From NCBI RefSeq assembly GCF_056746865.1, contig NZ_CM163382.1: a DNA stretch of 64,000 nt; one strand, given 5' to 3'. Both the position numbers and the translations under genes were made by a program. This document shows, in pieces, positions 51,488 to 61,329 of this stretch; position 1 is the stretch's first letter; the number at the start of each line of letters is the position of its first letter. The notes under the pieces were generated by a model. That model had not been told where the DNA came from. It worked only from the letters and a program-made list of their open reading frames with translations, and did no database searches.

Positions 51488-52090
51488 TTAATGAGCATTA
51501 GCATTCTGGCTAAAATCTATTGTTGGGGCTTTACTTACTGCGGCGACATCATCCGGCAAATAATTTTTCTTTGGTGTGTAATCCATGACCTTTGCGGTTA
51601 ACACAGCGGGGAATTTGCGGATAGTGACATTATATTGTTCAATGGCTTTAATATATCTTCCTCGCGCAACGGCAATCCGATTTTCACTTCCTTCAAGCTG
51701 TACCATTAAATTTTGATAGAGTTCCTGAGATTTTAACTCAGGGTAACGCTCACTAATTATCGTTAACTGACCGAGAGTGCGAGTCACCTGCGCTTGAGCC
51801 TGTTGCCAGGCTTGTAATTTTTGTTCATCGCCCGGAGTTTGCTGAAGATCGCTACTGGCGCGATTAGCCTGGCTACGAGCCAATGTTACGGCTTCCAGTA
51901 CATCTCGTTCATGGCTGGAATAACCTTTAATGCTGGCGACAAGATTAGGAATAAGATCGGCGCGACGTTGATATTGATTCAATACCTCAGACCAGGAGGC
52001 GTTAACCTGCTCATCATAGGTTTGAATATCGTTATATCCACAGCCTGATAAATTGAAAATAAATATAATTACGATGAATATTCTGAGCAT
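51488..52090 (-). CDS. LemA-family lipoprotein
   Basis: 200-aa ORF; N-terminus MLRIFIVIIFIFNLSGC has a lipobox (LSGC); LemA-like coiled region; first gene of the apparent LemA-TPM operon. Confidence 0.85.
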   Translation of the reverse strand: MLRIFIVIIFIFNLSGCGYNDIQTYDEQVNASWSEVLNQYQRRADLIPNLVASIKGYSSHERDVLEAVTLARSQANRASSDLQQTPGDEQKLQAWQQAQAQVTRTLGQLTIISERYPELKSQELYQNLMVQLEGSENRIAVARGRYIKAIEQYNVTIRKFPAVLTAKVMDYTPKKNYLPDDVAAVSKAPTIDFSQNANAH

Positions 52091-52262
52091 GTTTAAATCC
52101 CTTTTAATTAATTCCTTAAAACATAATACTCTGCTTCATTTTATTCTTTATGATCTAATCCACTTTTTGCCTTAAAACTGCCTGTAACAGAATGTTAATA
52201 AGACATGATTGTTGTGGCAGGATCTGCAATAATTAACAATTATCCACTTCACAGAGAATGCT

Positions 52263-52934
52263 ATGCAGTACCCGATTAACGAGATGTTCCAGACCCTGCA
52301 AGGTGAGGGTTACTTTACCGGCGTCCCCGCCATTTTTATTCGTTTACAGGGATGCCCGGTTGGCTGTGCCTGGTGCGACACCAAACACACCTGGGAAAAG
52401 CTTGAGGATCGGGAAGTCTCCCTTTTCAGCATTCTGGCGAAGACCAAAGAGAGTGATAAGTGGGGGGCGGCGAGCAGTGAAGACTTGCTGGCTGTCATTG
52501 GTCGCCAGGGATACACCGCGCGGCATGTGGTGATTACGGGTGGTGAGCCTTGCATTCATGATTTGCTGCCACTGACTGACCTGCTCGAAAAGAACGGTTT
52601 TAGCTGCCAGATCGAAACCAGTGGTACTCATGAGGTACGCTGCACACCGAATACCTGGGTTACCGTATCGCCAAAGCTGAACATGCGCGGCGGCTATGAA
52701 GTGTTGTCACAGGCACTGGAGCGAGCCAACGAAATCAAGCATCCAGTGGGACGCGTACGTGATATTGAAGCACTGGATGAACTTTTGGCGACGCTGACCG
52801 ATGATAAACCGCGAGTCATTGCACTGCAGCCGATTAGCCAAAAGGATGATGCCACACGATTGTGCATTGAAACCTGCATTGCTCGTAATTGGCGTTTGTC
52901 GATGCAAACACATAAATATCTAAATATTGCCTGA
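52263..52934 (+). CDS. queE: 7-carboxy-7-deazaguanine synthase (radical SAM)
   Basis: 223-aa ORF with Cys motif CPVGCAWCDT. Confidence 0.9.
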   Translation: MQYPINEMFQTLQGEGYFTGVPAIFIRLQGCPVGCAWCDTKHTWEKLEDREVSLFSILAKTKESDKWGAASSEDLLAVIGRQGYTARHVVITGGEPCIHDLLPLTDLLEKNGFSCQIETSGTHEVRCTPNTWVTVSPKLNMRGGYEVLSQALERANEIKHPVGRVRDIEALDELLATLTDDKPRVIALQPISQKDDATRLCIETCIARNWRLSMQTHKYLNIA

Positions 52935-53159
52935 TTAAACATTTATAAGCGTTATAAATGGGTGGAACCTGTAAAGATTTCTACTCATTTATATTGTTTG
53001 TCGCCTCTGAAAACTCCTCCATTTTACCCATCCAGGGCTAATCATTAGCATTCTCTACAAATTCTGCGGCATTAATTTTTCGCTGGAGTGAAAATTATTG
53101 CGGTAAAGTTTGGTAGATTTTAGTCGGTATAGGATTACTTTAAATATTTAGCTTTTCAA

Positions 53160-53273
53160 TCAATGGATTAAGTGCTCTTTAACATAATGGATGTGTTGTT
53201 TGTGTGATACTATAAAGTTGGTAGATTGTGACTGACTTAAAAAATCAATAATTAATAATAGGTTATGTTTAGT
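53160..53273 (+). promoter_or_regulatory. AT-rich CRISPR leader
   Basis: AT-rich tract immediately upstream of the first repeat, on the side opposite the degenerate terminal repeat. Confidence 0.5.
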
Positions 53274-53851
53274 GAGTTCCCCGCGCCAGCGGGGATAAAC
53301 CGTCTGGGCCGGATTCGATCCCGCGCGTACCGGAGAGTTCCCCGCGCCAGCGGGGATAAACCGTACAATCCCGCATCGAAACTGAATACCCCGATGAGTT
53401 CCCCGCGCCAGCGGGGATAAACCGTTGCCCAGGCTTTTGCGAAAATTTGTGATTTGGAGTTCCCCGCGCCAGCGGGGATAAACCGACACGGGGCAGATTG
53501 AGCAGGACTGCGACCTCGAGTTCCCCGCGCCAGCGGGGATAAACCGGCAGCAGATTTACAAACAGATCGGAGATTACTGAGTTCCCCGCGCCAGCGGGGA
53601 TAAACCGCGCGGCCTGCGCTCGCGTAAAATCAGTTGCAGGAGTTCCCCGCGCCAGCGGGGATAAACCGTCCGCGCAAGCCTATATAAACCAGATTGATCA
53701 GAGTTCCCCGCGCCAGCGGGGATAAACCGCGAAATCGCACGCGCTTCCCGCATGGGGGAAAGAGTTCCCCGCGCCAGCGGGGATAAACCGTGTAAAAGTC
53801 TTGGTTTTGGCGCATCATTTGTGAGTTCCCCGCGCCAGCGGGGATAAACCA
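53274..53851 (+). CRISPR. Type I-E CRISPR array: 10 repeats of 29 bp (GAGTTCCCCGCGCCAGCGGGGATAAACCG) and 9 spacers of 32 bp; the last repeat is degenerate at its 3' end
   Basis: Exact 61-bp periodicity; repeats start at 53274, 53335, 53396, 53457, 53518, 53579, 53640, 53701, 53762, 53823; no cas genes in the window. Confidence 0.95.
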
Positions 53852-54379
53852 CCATATAACCCGTTATCTCTTTCTCAAGTTTTTATATTAGCAGTACTCG
53901 TATTAAGCAATATATCCACGTAACACCTCATGTTCAAAATAGCTCTCCATATATGAGAAGTTCACAATTATCGATACAAAAAATCAAATTTAATTAAAGT
54001 GTTAGTTGTATGATACTTAAATCATTAAGAAATTATCATATATTATTTTTTTAATATTGAATTGATGTTTGTTAATTTTTTCTTTAGGATAGTAGTTTGT
54101 TTTTTAAGCTTATTATTCATTGATTAAGTAATAAATCTGGAAATTTGTCTTTGTTTTGAGGCTAATGAGTGGTTTTACATAATCGCCTCTATACGCTGTT
54201 GATGAATAGTTCTTATGAATAAAGATATCCAGTTCATACTTTAAGTGAAAATTGATAAAGTGCGATTCGTATTGTCTTTTATTCTAAATAGACTGGCCCC
54301 CTGAATCTCCAGACAACCAATATCACTTAAATAAGTGATAGTCTTAATACTAGTTTTTAGACTAGTCATTGGAGAGCAG

Positions 54380-54745
54380 ATGATTGATGTCTTAGGACCG
54401 GAGAAACGCAGACGGCGTACTACACAGGAAAAGATCGCTATTGTTCAGCAGAGTTTTGAACCGGGAATGACGGTCTCCCTTGTTGCCCGGCAACACGGTG
54501 TGGCAGCCAGCCAGTTATTTCTCTGGCGCAAGCAATACCAGGAGGGAAGTCTTACTGCTGTGGCCGCAGGAGAGCAGGTCGTTCCTGCCTCTGAACTTGC
54601 TGCTGCCATGAAGCAGATTAAAGAACTCCAGCGCCTGCTCGGCAAAAAAACGATGGAAAATGAACTCCTTAAAGAAGCCGTTGAATACGGGCGTGCAAAA
54701 AAGTGGATAGCGCACGCGCCCTTATTGCCCGGGGATGGGGAGTAA
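54380..54745 (+). CDS. insC: IS2 transposase OrfA (InsC), helix-turn-helix
   Basis: Track ORF 54335..54745; start taken at [13 protein letters not shown] (121 aa). Confidence 0.9.
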
Positions 54746-55608
54746 GCTTAGTCAGCCGTTGTCTCCGGGTGTCGCGTGCGCAGTTGCACGTCATTCTCAG
54801 ACGAACCGATGACTGGAAAGATGGTCGCCGCAGCCGTCACTCAGATGATACGGATGTGCTTCTCCGTATACACCATGTTATCGGAGAGCTGCCCACGTAT
54901 GGTTATCGTCGGGTATGGGCGCTGCTTCGCAGACAGGCCGAACTTGATGGTATGCCTGCGATCAATGCCAAACGTGTTTACCGGATCATGCGCCAGAATG
55001 CGCTGTTGCTTGAGCGAAAAACCGCTGTACCGCCATCGAAACGGGCACATACTGGCAAAGTGGCCGTGAAAGAAAGCAATCAACGATGGTGCTCTGACGG
55101 GTTCGAGTTCCGCTGTGATAACGGAGAAAAACTGCGAGTCACGTTCGCGCTGGACTGCTGTGACCGTGAGGCACTGCACTGGGCAGTCACTACGGGCGGC
55201 TTCGACAGTGAAACAGTACAGGACGTAATGCTGGGAGCGGTGGAACGCCGCTTCGGCAACGAGCTTCCGGCGTCTCCAGTAGAGTGGCTGACGGATAATG
55301 GTTCATGCTACCGGGCTAATGAAACACGGCAGTTTGCCCGGATGTTGGGGCTTGAACCGAAGAACACGGCGGTGCGGAGTCCGGAGAGTAACGGCATAGC
55401 AGAGAGCTTCGTGAAAACGATAAAGCGTGACTACATCAGTATCATGCCTAAACCAGACGGGTTAACGGCAGCAAAGAACCTTGCAGAGGCGTTCGAGCAT
55501 TATAACGAATGGCATCCGCATAGTGCACTGGGTTATCGCTCGCCACGGGAATATCTACGGCAGCGGGCCAGTAATGGGTTAAGTGATAACAGGTGTCTGG
55601 AAATATAG
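54703..55608 (+). CDS. insD: IS2 transposase OrfB (InsD), DDE catalytic domain; overlaps OrfA in the -1 frame (programmed frameshift arrangement)
   Basis: 301-aa ORF recognised as IS2 InsD. Confidence 0.9.
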
Positions 55609-55641
55609 GGGCAAATCCACTAAAGACATCGAGTGTAGTTA

Positions 55642-55780
55642 ATATTCCTTGTAAAAACAGGGATAAACCGAACTAGTTAAAGTTTTTATTATGTTCCCTG
55701 CATCAGCGGGGATAAACCGGACTTGTTATCATTTTTTAAGTTGTCGAACTTATGTTCCCCGCGTCAGCGGGGATAACCAT
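55642..55780 (+). CRISPR. Degenerate CRISPR array remnant (about 3 diverged type I-E repeats, 2 spacers)
   Basis: atattccttgtaaaaacagggataaaccg, atgttccctgcatcagcggggataaaccg and atgttccccgcgtcagcggggataaccat, in the same orientation as the main array. Confidence 0.6.
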
Positions 55781-55825
55781 TCAGGTACGTTCATGCCGGG
55801 CAGTTTCCCGCCCGGCCTTCCTCAC

Positions 55826-57304
55826 TTACGCATTCGACCAGCTCTGGATCGAATCCGCATTCCCCAATTCCCCATGCATCACTTCATACGATTTTTTCAG
55901 GATTACATCAGTATGTTTGGTTAACTCCTTGAAAATGCCTTTATTCATCGCGTCGTAGCGTTTGGCATTGTTCTCAACAGGCATAAAGATATCTTTCACG
56001 CGAACCATTTTGTCGACAGCCGTTGCGTAATCCGGGTATAGCCCCAGACCTACCGCCGTATTGATCGCTGCCCCCAGACTTGCACAACCATTAATGGCGT
56101 TACGGCGTGCCGGAAGGTTGAACACGTCGGCAAAAATCTGCATAAACAGATCGCTGTTCGAACCGCCGCCAGTAATGATCACATGTTTGGCAAAGTGATT
56201 CATTTCATTACACATATTGTCGTAATTGTTCTTCAGCGTCAGCGCCACGCTTTCCAGTATCGAACGATATATCCATGCGTAATCCATGCTGGAATCAAAG
56301 CCGATCATAATCCCGCGTTTGTACGGTTCCCACGGATTGGTCAGCCAGTCCAGCACCGTCATCAGACCATTACAGCCAGGCGGCACACAAGACGCTTTCT
56401 TGTTGAGTAAATCTTCCGGTGAAAGATCCTGTGCTTTGGCATCCTGAATTAACGACTCGCCTAACATGTCGCGCAGCCAGCTCACTGTCCACATGCCTTT
56501 GCGGATACCGTAACCTTCATACAGCAATGTTTGCGGAATAGAAGACATAATTGGCCAGTACGCCACCGGATCTTTCGGCAGTGCTTTGCCGTTCATCATC
56601 AATGCGATGTAAGTGCCAAGAGAAATTACCGCAGTTTCATTATCCAGTAATCCGGCCCCCAGAGCTTCTACCGGTTTATCACTGGTGGTACAAACAACCG
56701 GCAGTCCTGCCGGGAAATGTGTCGCCAGTGCGGCTTGTGGTGTGATATGTCCGAGGACGGTGCCAGGCATTTGCACATCAAAAAGCATATGACGGGGGAT
56801 ATTAAACTTCTCCATGACTGCGGCATCTTCACTCCATGCCCAGGTCTTATAATCCACCGGCCACTGACCAAAATAGTTGGCGATATTGTCTTTAAACTCG
56901 CCGGTTAAGCGATGCGTCAGATAACCTGAAAAAGAGGTGACATATGCCACGTCAGGATTCGTATGTTCGTAAGGGCGTGTAACGCGTGCATCCTGCCAGC
57001 TAATCAACGGCGCAGCTGGCGTGCCATCGGCTTTCAATAACGCACGGCAGCAACGGATGGATCCCAGACCAATACCGACAATATCTTCTTTATTCCCGGC
57101 AAACTGACTCATCAAATCGTGACCGGCAAAACATAATGATGCCCATAAATCGTCGTCAGGATGTTCTGCGGTATCGGCATCTGGCGTGTGCATCGGCTGC
57201 AATAAGCCTTTGCCTTCGCAAACCACATTACCTTCCAGATCATACATCACCACTTTTGTGCTCTGACTTCCGCCATCAATCCCTATGATGTATTTTTTCG
57301 ACAT
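55826..57304 (-). CDS. ygcE: FGGY-family carbohydrate kinase, substrate unknown
   Basis: 492-aa ORF with FGGY kinase N- and C-terminal domains. Confidence 0.9.
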   Translation of the reverse strand: MSKKYIIGIDGGSQSTKVVMYDLEGNVVCEGKGLLQPMHTPDADTAEHPDDDLWASLCFAGHDLMSQFAGNKEDIVGIGLGSIRCCRALLKADGTPAAPLISWQDARVTRPYEHTNPDVAYVTSFSGYLTHRLTGEFKDNIANYFGQWPVDYKTWAWSEDAAVMEKFNIPRHMLFDVQMPGTVLGHITPQAALATHFPAGLPVVCTTSDKPVEALGAGLLDNETAVISLGTYIALMMNGKALPKDPVAYWPIMSSIPQTLLYEGYGIRKGMWTVSWLRDMLGESLIQDAKAQDLSPEDLLNKKASCVPPGCNGLMTVLDWLTNPWEPYKRGIMIGFDSSMDYAWIYRSILESVALTLKNNYDNMCNEMNHFAKHVIITGGGSNSDLFMQIFADVFNLPARRNAINGCASLGAAINTAVGLGLYPDYATAVDKMVRVKDIFMPVENNAKRYDAMNKGIFKELTKHTDVILKKSYEVMHGELGNADSIQSWSNA

Positions 57305-57330
57305 GATTTTTCTCCTGTAATTTTCTGGAC

Positions 57331-58608
57331 TTACTTGCTGCTAGCCATAGCAGGGGCGCTATCAGCAGTACGAATTTTTTGGAACAGCAAAAAGGTAAAG
57401 ACGATCACCATGGCAAGCGCCGCCATGCCCATCAGCCACATATTGCGGTAGGCTTCTGCAGCGGGCAGGGTGTCTTGCCAGTAGCCGATAATCGGGTAAA
57501 CGAAGACATCCGGCAGGAATCCAATCACCGAACAAATACCTACCGTGGTGCCCATAATGTAAGACGGTGTTCTCGCTTCGCCAGGGCAGGCCCAGTACAG
57601 CCCGCGTGAGGCGTAACAGGTGAATCCCAGCAGTAAAATCAGGCCAATCCCCATCGCGACCGATTGCGGGTTAGAGTTCGTGACGAGCAGGGCAGTTAAC
57701 GCCAGCAAGCCGAGTACGGAAAGGATTTGGATCACGCGGGTAGGGGATTTCACTTTGCTGTAGGTGGTGATAATGCCACCAAGTGGGCCGCACAGTGCGC
57801 GGAAGATTTTGTTGATCACAATCCCCATGTAGCTCGCCGCCACCAGCGACATGCCGTACATTTCGGTCAGATAGTTGGTGGAGTAACTCAGAATGGCGTA
57901 GATGGTGAAGACACCAAAAATCACCATGCTGCAATACCAGGTGGTGCTGATGCGCAAAACAGCCAGGATGTCGCTAAGCTGGAATGACTGTTTTTCTTCG
58001 TTATTGGTATTGCGCAGGTTGTTGTTATCGCTAACAAAAAACCAACACAAAATGCCCAGCAGAATGTAAACCACACTATAGATAATAATGACCGTTTTCA
58101 GGCTGGCGCTGTCATCCGGTGCAAAGCGAGAAAAGACCCACATGGTAAACACCGCCAGCGACATTACACCGACGCCGCGCAGCCCTTCCATCCAGCCCAT
58201 AATTTTCCCTTGCTCGCTATGATCGCCCAGCAACGAGGCGGCTTTAATCGACACCGACCACAGCATTAAAATCGTCGTTATCGCAAAGGCGACCTGAATA
58301 CAGAGCATTACCCACAGCGGTGGATATGTTGCCATTAACAGACCCAGTAATCCGGTAATGATCATCGCGGAAGTAATCATTTTGCGGTGTGAAAATTTAT
58401 CGGCAATAACGCCGCTGGGGGCATAAAGAATAATAGCCGCAATACCAAAGGTACTCATTATTAAACCTATCTCGGTATTGCTGAATCCCATAAATTTCGC
58501 CATGGGAATTTGATAAATATAACGTAAATAAGCCAGGTCGAAACTAACGCCGCCGCTAAAACTAATTATCGCGAGGGTTATCCAACGGCGATATGAGTTG
58601 TGTTGCAT
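57331..58608 (-). CDS. yqcE: MFS transporter
   Basis: 425-aa polytopic membrane ORF. Confidence 0.9.
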   Translation of the reverse strand: MQHNSYRRWITLAIISFSGGVSFDLAYLRYIYQIPMAKFMGFSNTEIGLIMSTFGIAAIILYAPSGVIADKFSHRKMITSAMIITGLLGLLMATYPPLWVMLCIQVAFAITTILMLWSVSIKAASLLGDHSEQGKIMGWMEGLRGVGVMSLAVFTMWVFSRFAPDDSASLKTVIIIYSVVYILLGILCWFFVSDNNNLRNTNNEEKQSFQLSDILAVLRISTTWYCSMVIFGVFTIYAILSYSTNYLTEMYGMSLVAASYMGIVINKIFRALCGPLGGIITTYSKVKSPTRVIQILSVLGLLALTALLVTNSNPQSVAMGIGLILLLGFTCYASRGLYWACPGEARTPSYIMGTTVGICSVIGFLPDVFVYPIIGYWQDTLPAAEAYRNMWLMGMAALAMVIVFTFLLFQKIRTADSAPAMASSK

Positions 58609-58926
58609 ATCGTATTCCCATTTGTAATAGACAAAAAAAAGAGAAAAGTAAGCCGCCCTTTCAGGTGGATTACTTTTCTCAGGTCTCTAGTAATTGCAAT
58701 AAGAAATAACATGGAAAGCAGTGGTGTTGTGTGAGAGTAATCACGCTTCTGCTTTTTAAAATTATTTGACAATTCGAATATAACACTGTGATTACGATCA
58801 CATTAGCGATTATGCCCTTATGATAAAAATTATCTCCAGTTACCAGAGATAATGAGAAAGGTAACTTCCCTCTCGCGGGGGAAGTTACCTTTCTTTTTTT
58901 TTGCCTTACGGAAATTGGAGCTAACT

Positions 58927-59712
58927 ATGTCAATCGAATCTCTCAATGCGTTCTCAATGGATTTTTTCTCCCTGAAAGGTAAAACCGCAATTGTTACCGG
59001 CGGGAATAGCGGTTTAGGCCAGGCATTTGCCATGGCGCTGGCCAAAGCAGGCGCAAATATCTTTATTCCAAGCTTCGTTAAAGATAACGGCGAAACAAAG
59101 GAAATGATTGAAAAACAGGGTGTTGAGGTGGACTTCATGCAGGTGGATATCACCGCAGAAGGCGCGCCGCAGAAGATAATCGCCGCCTGTTGCGAACGTT
59201 TCGGTACCGTCGATATTCTGATTAACAATGCCGGTATTTGTAAGCTGAATAAGGTGCTGGACTTCGGTCGTGCCGACTGGGACCCGATGATTGATGTGAA
59301 CCTGACCGCCGCATTCGAGTTAAGCTATGAAGCTGCAAAAATTATGATCCCGCAGAAAAGCGGTAAAATCATTAATATCTGTTCATTATTCTCTTACTTA
59401 GGTGGACAATGGTCACCTGCATATTCTGCCACTAAACATGCTCTTGCCGGATTCACCAAAGCTTACTGTGATGAACTAGGTCAATATAATATTCAGGTAA
59501 ATGGTATTGCCCCTGGCTATTATGCAACAGATATTACGCTGGCGACACGCAGTAATCCAGAAACCAATCAGCGCGTTCTTGATCATATTCCGGCAAACCG
59601 TTGGGGCGATACTCAGGATTTAATGGGCGCAGCCGTATTCCTCGCAAGTCCGGCATCGAATTATGTCAACGGACATTTATTAGTGGTTGATGGTGGTTAT
59701 TTAGTGCGCTAA
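58927..59712 (+). CDS. ygcW: Short-chain dehydrogenase/reductase (SDR)
   Basis: Track ORF 58852..59712; start taken at the ATG at 58927 (MSIESLNAF); TGGNSGLG Rossmann motif and YSATK catalytic motif. Confidence 0.85.
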   Translation: MSIESLNAFSMDFFSLKGKTAIVTGGNSGLGQAFAMALAKAGANIFIPSFVKDNGETKEMIEKQGVEVDFMQVDITAEGAPQKIIAACCERFGTVDILINNAGICKLNKVLDFGRADWDPMIDVNLTAAFELSYEAAKIMIPQKSGKIINICSLFSYLGGQWSPAYSATKHALAGFTKAYCDELGQYNIQVNGIAPGYYATDITLATRSNPETNQRVLDHIPANRWGDTQDLMGAAVFLASPASNYVNGHLLVVDGGYLVR

Positions 59713-59781
59713 TCCATAACGGTGGTTTCTGTTTTCTCTTATTAATGATTATTCCATTTTTATTATCAGGAAGGAATTACT

Positions 59782-61236
59782 ATGTCTTTATCTCGCGCAG
59801 CGATTGTCGACCAGCTAAAGGAAATTGTTGGTGCAGATCGCGTAATTACCGATGAAACAGTATTAAAGAAGAACAGTATTGACCGTTTTCGCAAATTTCC
59901 GGATATTCATGGCATTTATACTTTGCCGATTCCGGCAGCGGTCGTAAAACTCGGTTCCACAGAACAAGTATCCCGTGTGCTGAATTTTATGAATGCGCAC
60001 AAAATTAACGGTGTGCCGCGTACCGGTGCTTCCGCTACCGAAGGTGGGCTGGAAACCGTTGTGGAAAACTCGGTGGTGCTCGACGGCTCTGCCATGAATC
60101 AAATCATTAATATTGATATTGAGAATATGCAGGCCACGGCGCAATGCGGAGTTCCGCTGGAAGTGCTGGAAAACGCGTTGCGTGAAAAAGGTTACACCAC
60201 GGGGCATTCTCCGCAGTCAAAGCCGCTGGCGCAGATGGGCGGCCTGGTAGCAACCCGCAGTATCGGGCAGTTCTCCACACTCTACGGCGCAATCGAAGAT
60301 ATGGTCGTTGGTCTGGAAGCAGTATTGGCTGATGGCACCGTAACACGCATTAAAAACGTACCACGCCGCGCGGCAGGCCCGGACATTCGTCACATCATCA
60401 TCGGCAACGAAGGTGCATTGTGCTATATCACTGAAGTAACTGTGAAAATCTTTAAGTTCACCCCGGAAAACAACCTCTTCTACGGCTATATCCTGGAAGA
60501 CATGAAAACCGGCTTCAACATCCTGCGTGAAATCATGGTGGAAGGGTATCGTCCGTCGATCGCTCGTTTGTATGACGCTGAAGATGGCACCCAACACTTC
60601 ACCCATTTTGCTGACGGAAAATGCGTGCTGATCTTTATGGCTGAAGGTAACCCTCGCATTGCGAAGGCGACGGGCGAAGGGATTGCTGAAATCGTGGCAC
60701 GTTACCCGCAATGCCAGCGAGTGGACAGCAAGCTGATCGAAACCTGGTTTAACAACCTGAACTGGGGACCGGATAAAGTAGCTGCCGAACGTGTGCAGAT
60801 CCTCAAAACCGGCAACATGGGCTTTACCACCGAAGTGTCCGGCTGCTGGAGCTGCATTCACGAAATCTACGAAAGCGTTATTAACCGTATTCGTACCGAG
60901 TTCCCGCACGCCGACGACATCACCATGCTGGGCGGTCACTCCTCTCACAGCTACCAGAACGGCACCAACATGTACTTCGTTTACGACTACAACGTTGTTG
61001 ACTGTAAGCCGGAAGAGGAAATCGACAAGTACCACAATCCGCTCAACAAAATCATCTGCGAAGAAACCATTCGCCTCGGTGGTTCGATGGTGCACCACCA
61101 CGGCATTGGTAAACATCGCGTTCACTGGAGCAAGCTGGAACACGGCAGCGCGTGGACGTTGCTGGAAGGTCTGAAAAAGCAGTTCGATCCTAACGGCATT
61201 ATGAATACGGGTACTATCTATCCGATTGAAAAATAA
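59782..61236 (+). CDS. ygcU: FAD-linked oxidase (FAD-binding PCMH-type, glycolate-oxidase/D-lactate-dehydrogenase-like)
   Basis: 484-aa ORF. Confidence 0.9.
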   Translation: MSLSRAAIVDQLKEIVGADRVITDETVLKKNSIDRFRKFPDIHGIYTLPIPAAVVKLGSTEQVSRVLNFMNAHKINGVPRTGASATEGGLETVVENSVVLDGSAMNQIINIDIENMQATAQCGVPLEVLENALREKGYTTGHSPQSKPLAQMGGLVATRSIGQFSTLYGAIEDMVVGLEAVLADGTVTRIKNVPRRAAGPDIRHIIIGNEGALCYITEVTVKIFKFTPENNLFYGYILEDMKTGFNILREIMVEGYRPSIARLYDAEDGTQHFTHFADGKCVLIFMAEGNPRIAKATGEGIAEIVARYPQCQRVDSKLIETWFNNLNWGPDKVAAERVQILKTGNMGFTTEVSGCWSCIHEIYESVINRIRTEFPHADDITMLGGHSSHSYQNGTNMYFVYDYNVVDCKPEEEIDKYHNPLNKIICEETIRLGGSMVHHHGIGKHRVHWSKLEHGSAWTLLEGLKKQFDPNGIMNTGTIYPIEK

Positions 61237-61329
61237 TGTGTCAGGCAGCGTTCCGCGATGACGGGGCGTTGCCTTTTCGGCTTCTCAGGCGAGAAGCCGT
61301 TCTTATTACCGGACAATGAAGGGATAAAG

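Larger units (their letters stand above)
54289..55619 (+). mobile_element. IS2 insertion sequence (IS3 family), 1331 bp, apparently intact, flanked by a 5-bp CTAAA target-site duplication
   Basis: Left end TAGACTGGCCCCCTGAATCTCCAGACAACC, right end ...GTGTCTGGAAATATAGGGGCAAATCCA; CTAAA at 54284-54288 and 55620-55624. Confidence 0.95.

Noticed and set aside
48507-52090. Possibility that the LemA/TPM cluster is a prophage or integrative island
   Set aside because: No integrase, recombinase, attachment-site repeats or flanking tRNA; genes have host-like composition and are closed by an ordinary terminator. It looks more like a locally amplified chromosomal operon.
52935-53273. Possible cas gene remnants adjacent to the CRISPR leader
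   Set aside because: No ORF with any cas-like features; the region is short, AT-rich and non-coding.
60217-61143. 308-aa minus-strand ORF
   Set aside because: Antisense to ygcU.
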